From Pseudodesulfovibrio mercurii (lineage in GTDB: Bacteria; Desulfobacterota; Desulfovibrionia; Desulfovibrionales; Desulfovibrionaceae): 32,000 nt of DNA. The stretch covers positions 1,620,001 through 1,652,000 of the forward strand of contig NC_016803.1 of the NCBI RefSeq assembly GCF_000189295.2, written 5' to 3'. The notes under the pieces were generated by a model. The model made no database searches. It saw only the letters and a program-made list of their open reading frames with translations, and was not told the DNA's origin. The translations under genes were made by a program, and so were the position numbers. Shown piece after piece: positions 31,531 to 32,000 of this stretch (positions are counted from its first letter, which is position 1; each line of letters opens with the position of its first letter).

Positions 31531-31881
31531 ATGAGCGAAGAAGTAAAAGAGATTTCCTTTGACGAGCTTGGCCTGACCAAGCCCCTTGAGAAGATGACCG
31601 CCAAGGAGCTGCGTGCCCTGTGCATGGACAAGCTCCCCATGATCTCCGGCGCCTCCGGCAAGGAAAAGGAAGTGCTGGTCCAGGAGATCAAGGAAGTCTT
31701 CGGCATCGTCGAAGAGGAGCAGATCTCCCCCTACAAGAAGCAGATCCACGAGATCAAGCGGCAGATCCGCGCCCTGCGCGAGAAGAAGAGCGCGACCGAG
31801 GACCGTACCCAGCGCGATCGCATCCGCCGTCAGATCACCAAGCTGAAGAAGCGCACCCGTCGGCTCGCCCGGGCCGTCTAA
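31531..31881 (+). CDS. Hypothetical protein with a highly basic C-terminal coiled coil
   Basis: 116 aa. AAGGAG RBS. Codon usage typical of well-expressed genes. MSEEVKEISFDELGLTKPLEKMTAKELRALC... (Rho_N/SAP-like helix; uncertain) and a C-terminal RRQITKLKKRTRRLARAV. Confidence 0.7.
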   Translation: MSEEVKEISFDELGLTKPLEKMTAKELRALCMDKLPMISGASGKEKEVLVQEIKEVFGIVEEEQISPYKKQIHEIKRQIRALREKKSATEDRTQRDRIRRQITKLKKRTRRLARAV

Positions 31882-31898
31882 ATTGTGCAAAAAAGAAG

Positions 31899-31927
31899 TT
31901 GACATAAAAGGGGCCAACCCTTAAATC
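31899..31927 (+). promoter_or_regulatory. Candidate sigma-70 promoter for tRNA-Gln
   Basis: TTGACA (31899-31904), 17-nt spacer, TAAATC (31922-31927), 14 nt before the tRNA 5' end. Confidence 0.5.
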
Positions 31928-31940
31928 AACTTCTCGCTGT

Positions 31941-32000
31941 TGGGCTGTCGTTCAATTGGCAGGACGACGGATTCTGGCTCCGTTAATCAAGGTTCGAGTC
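31941..32000 (+). tRNA. tRNA-Gln (anticodon CUG), 3' end truncated by the window
   Basis: Manual fold: acceptor UGGGCUG, D-stem GUUC/GGAC, anticodon stem ACGGA/UCCGU with loop UUCUGGC, T-arm CAAGG-UUCGAGU. Resembles E. coli tRNA-Gln as recalled. Confidence 0.85.

Overview
High-GC bacterial chromosomal window; hand counts give about 73% G+C in proB (8581-8760). The gene content (sahR-ahcY pair, Isf-like flavoprotein, Mo/W cofactor genes) suggests a Desulfovibrionales-type anaerobe, but this is inference only. I support about 35 CDSs. They include: an ECF sigma / anti-sigma (CBM48-like sensor) / secreted-protein operon; nitroreductase, MBL hydrolase, Isf-like flavoprotein and ComF; rplU-rpmA-obg and proB, separated by an inserted CMD-family/LysR pair; an MFS transporter; PadR with a divergent small basic protein; a molybdenum-storage-protein-like (MoSto-like) gene next to a MOT1-type molybdate transporter; an 878-aa secreted TPR protein; argB-moeA; a secreted discoidin-like protein; sahR-ahcY with a palindromic operator; a lower-GC four-gene envelope glycosylation cluster (UPF0104 flippase-like, GT-C, GT2, GT4) bracketed by two paralogous PEGA lipoproteins; a tandem-Usp protein; a DUF721/DciA-like protein; and a partial tRNA-Gln(CUG). 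I saw no transposase, integrase, CRISPR array or recognisable defence genes. The most unusual signals are: (1) a ~180-nt structured intergenic repeat in two inverted copies, with compensatory stem substitutions, flanking an 8.6-kb segment; (2) the single-gene MoSto-like plus MOT1-like module; (3) the GT-C glycosylation cluster with a non-canonical flippase candidate. Many long ORFs in the six-frame track are GC-driven artefacts that overlap real genes.
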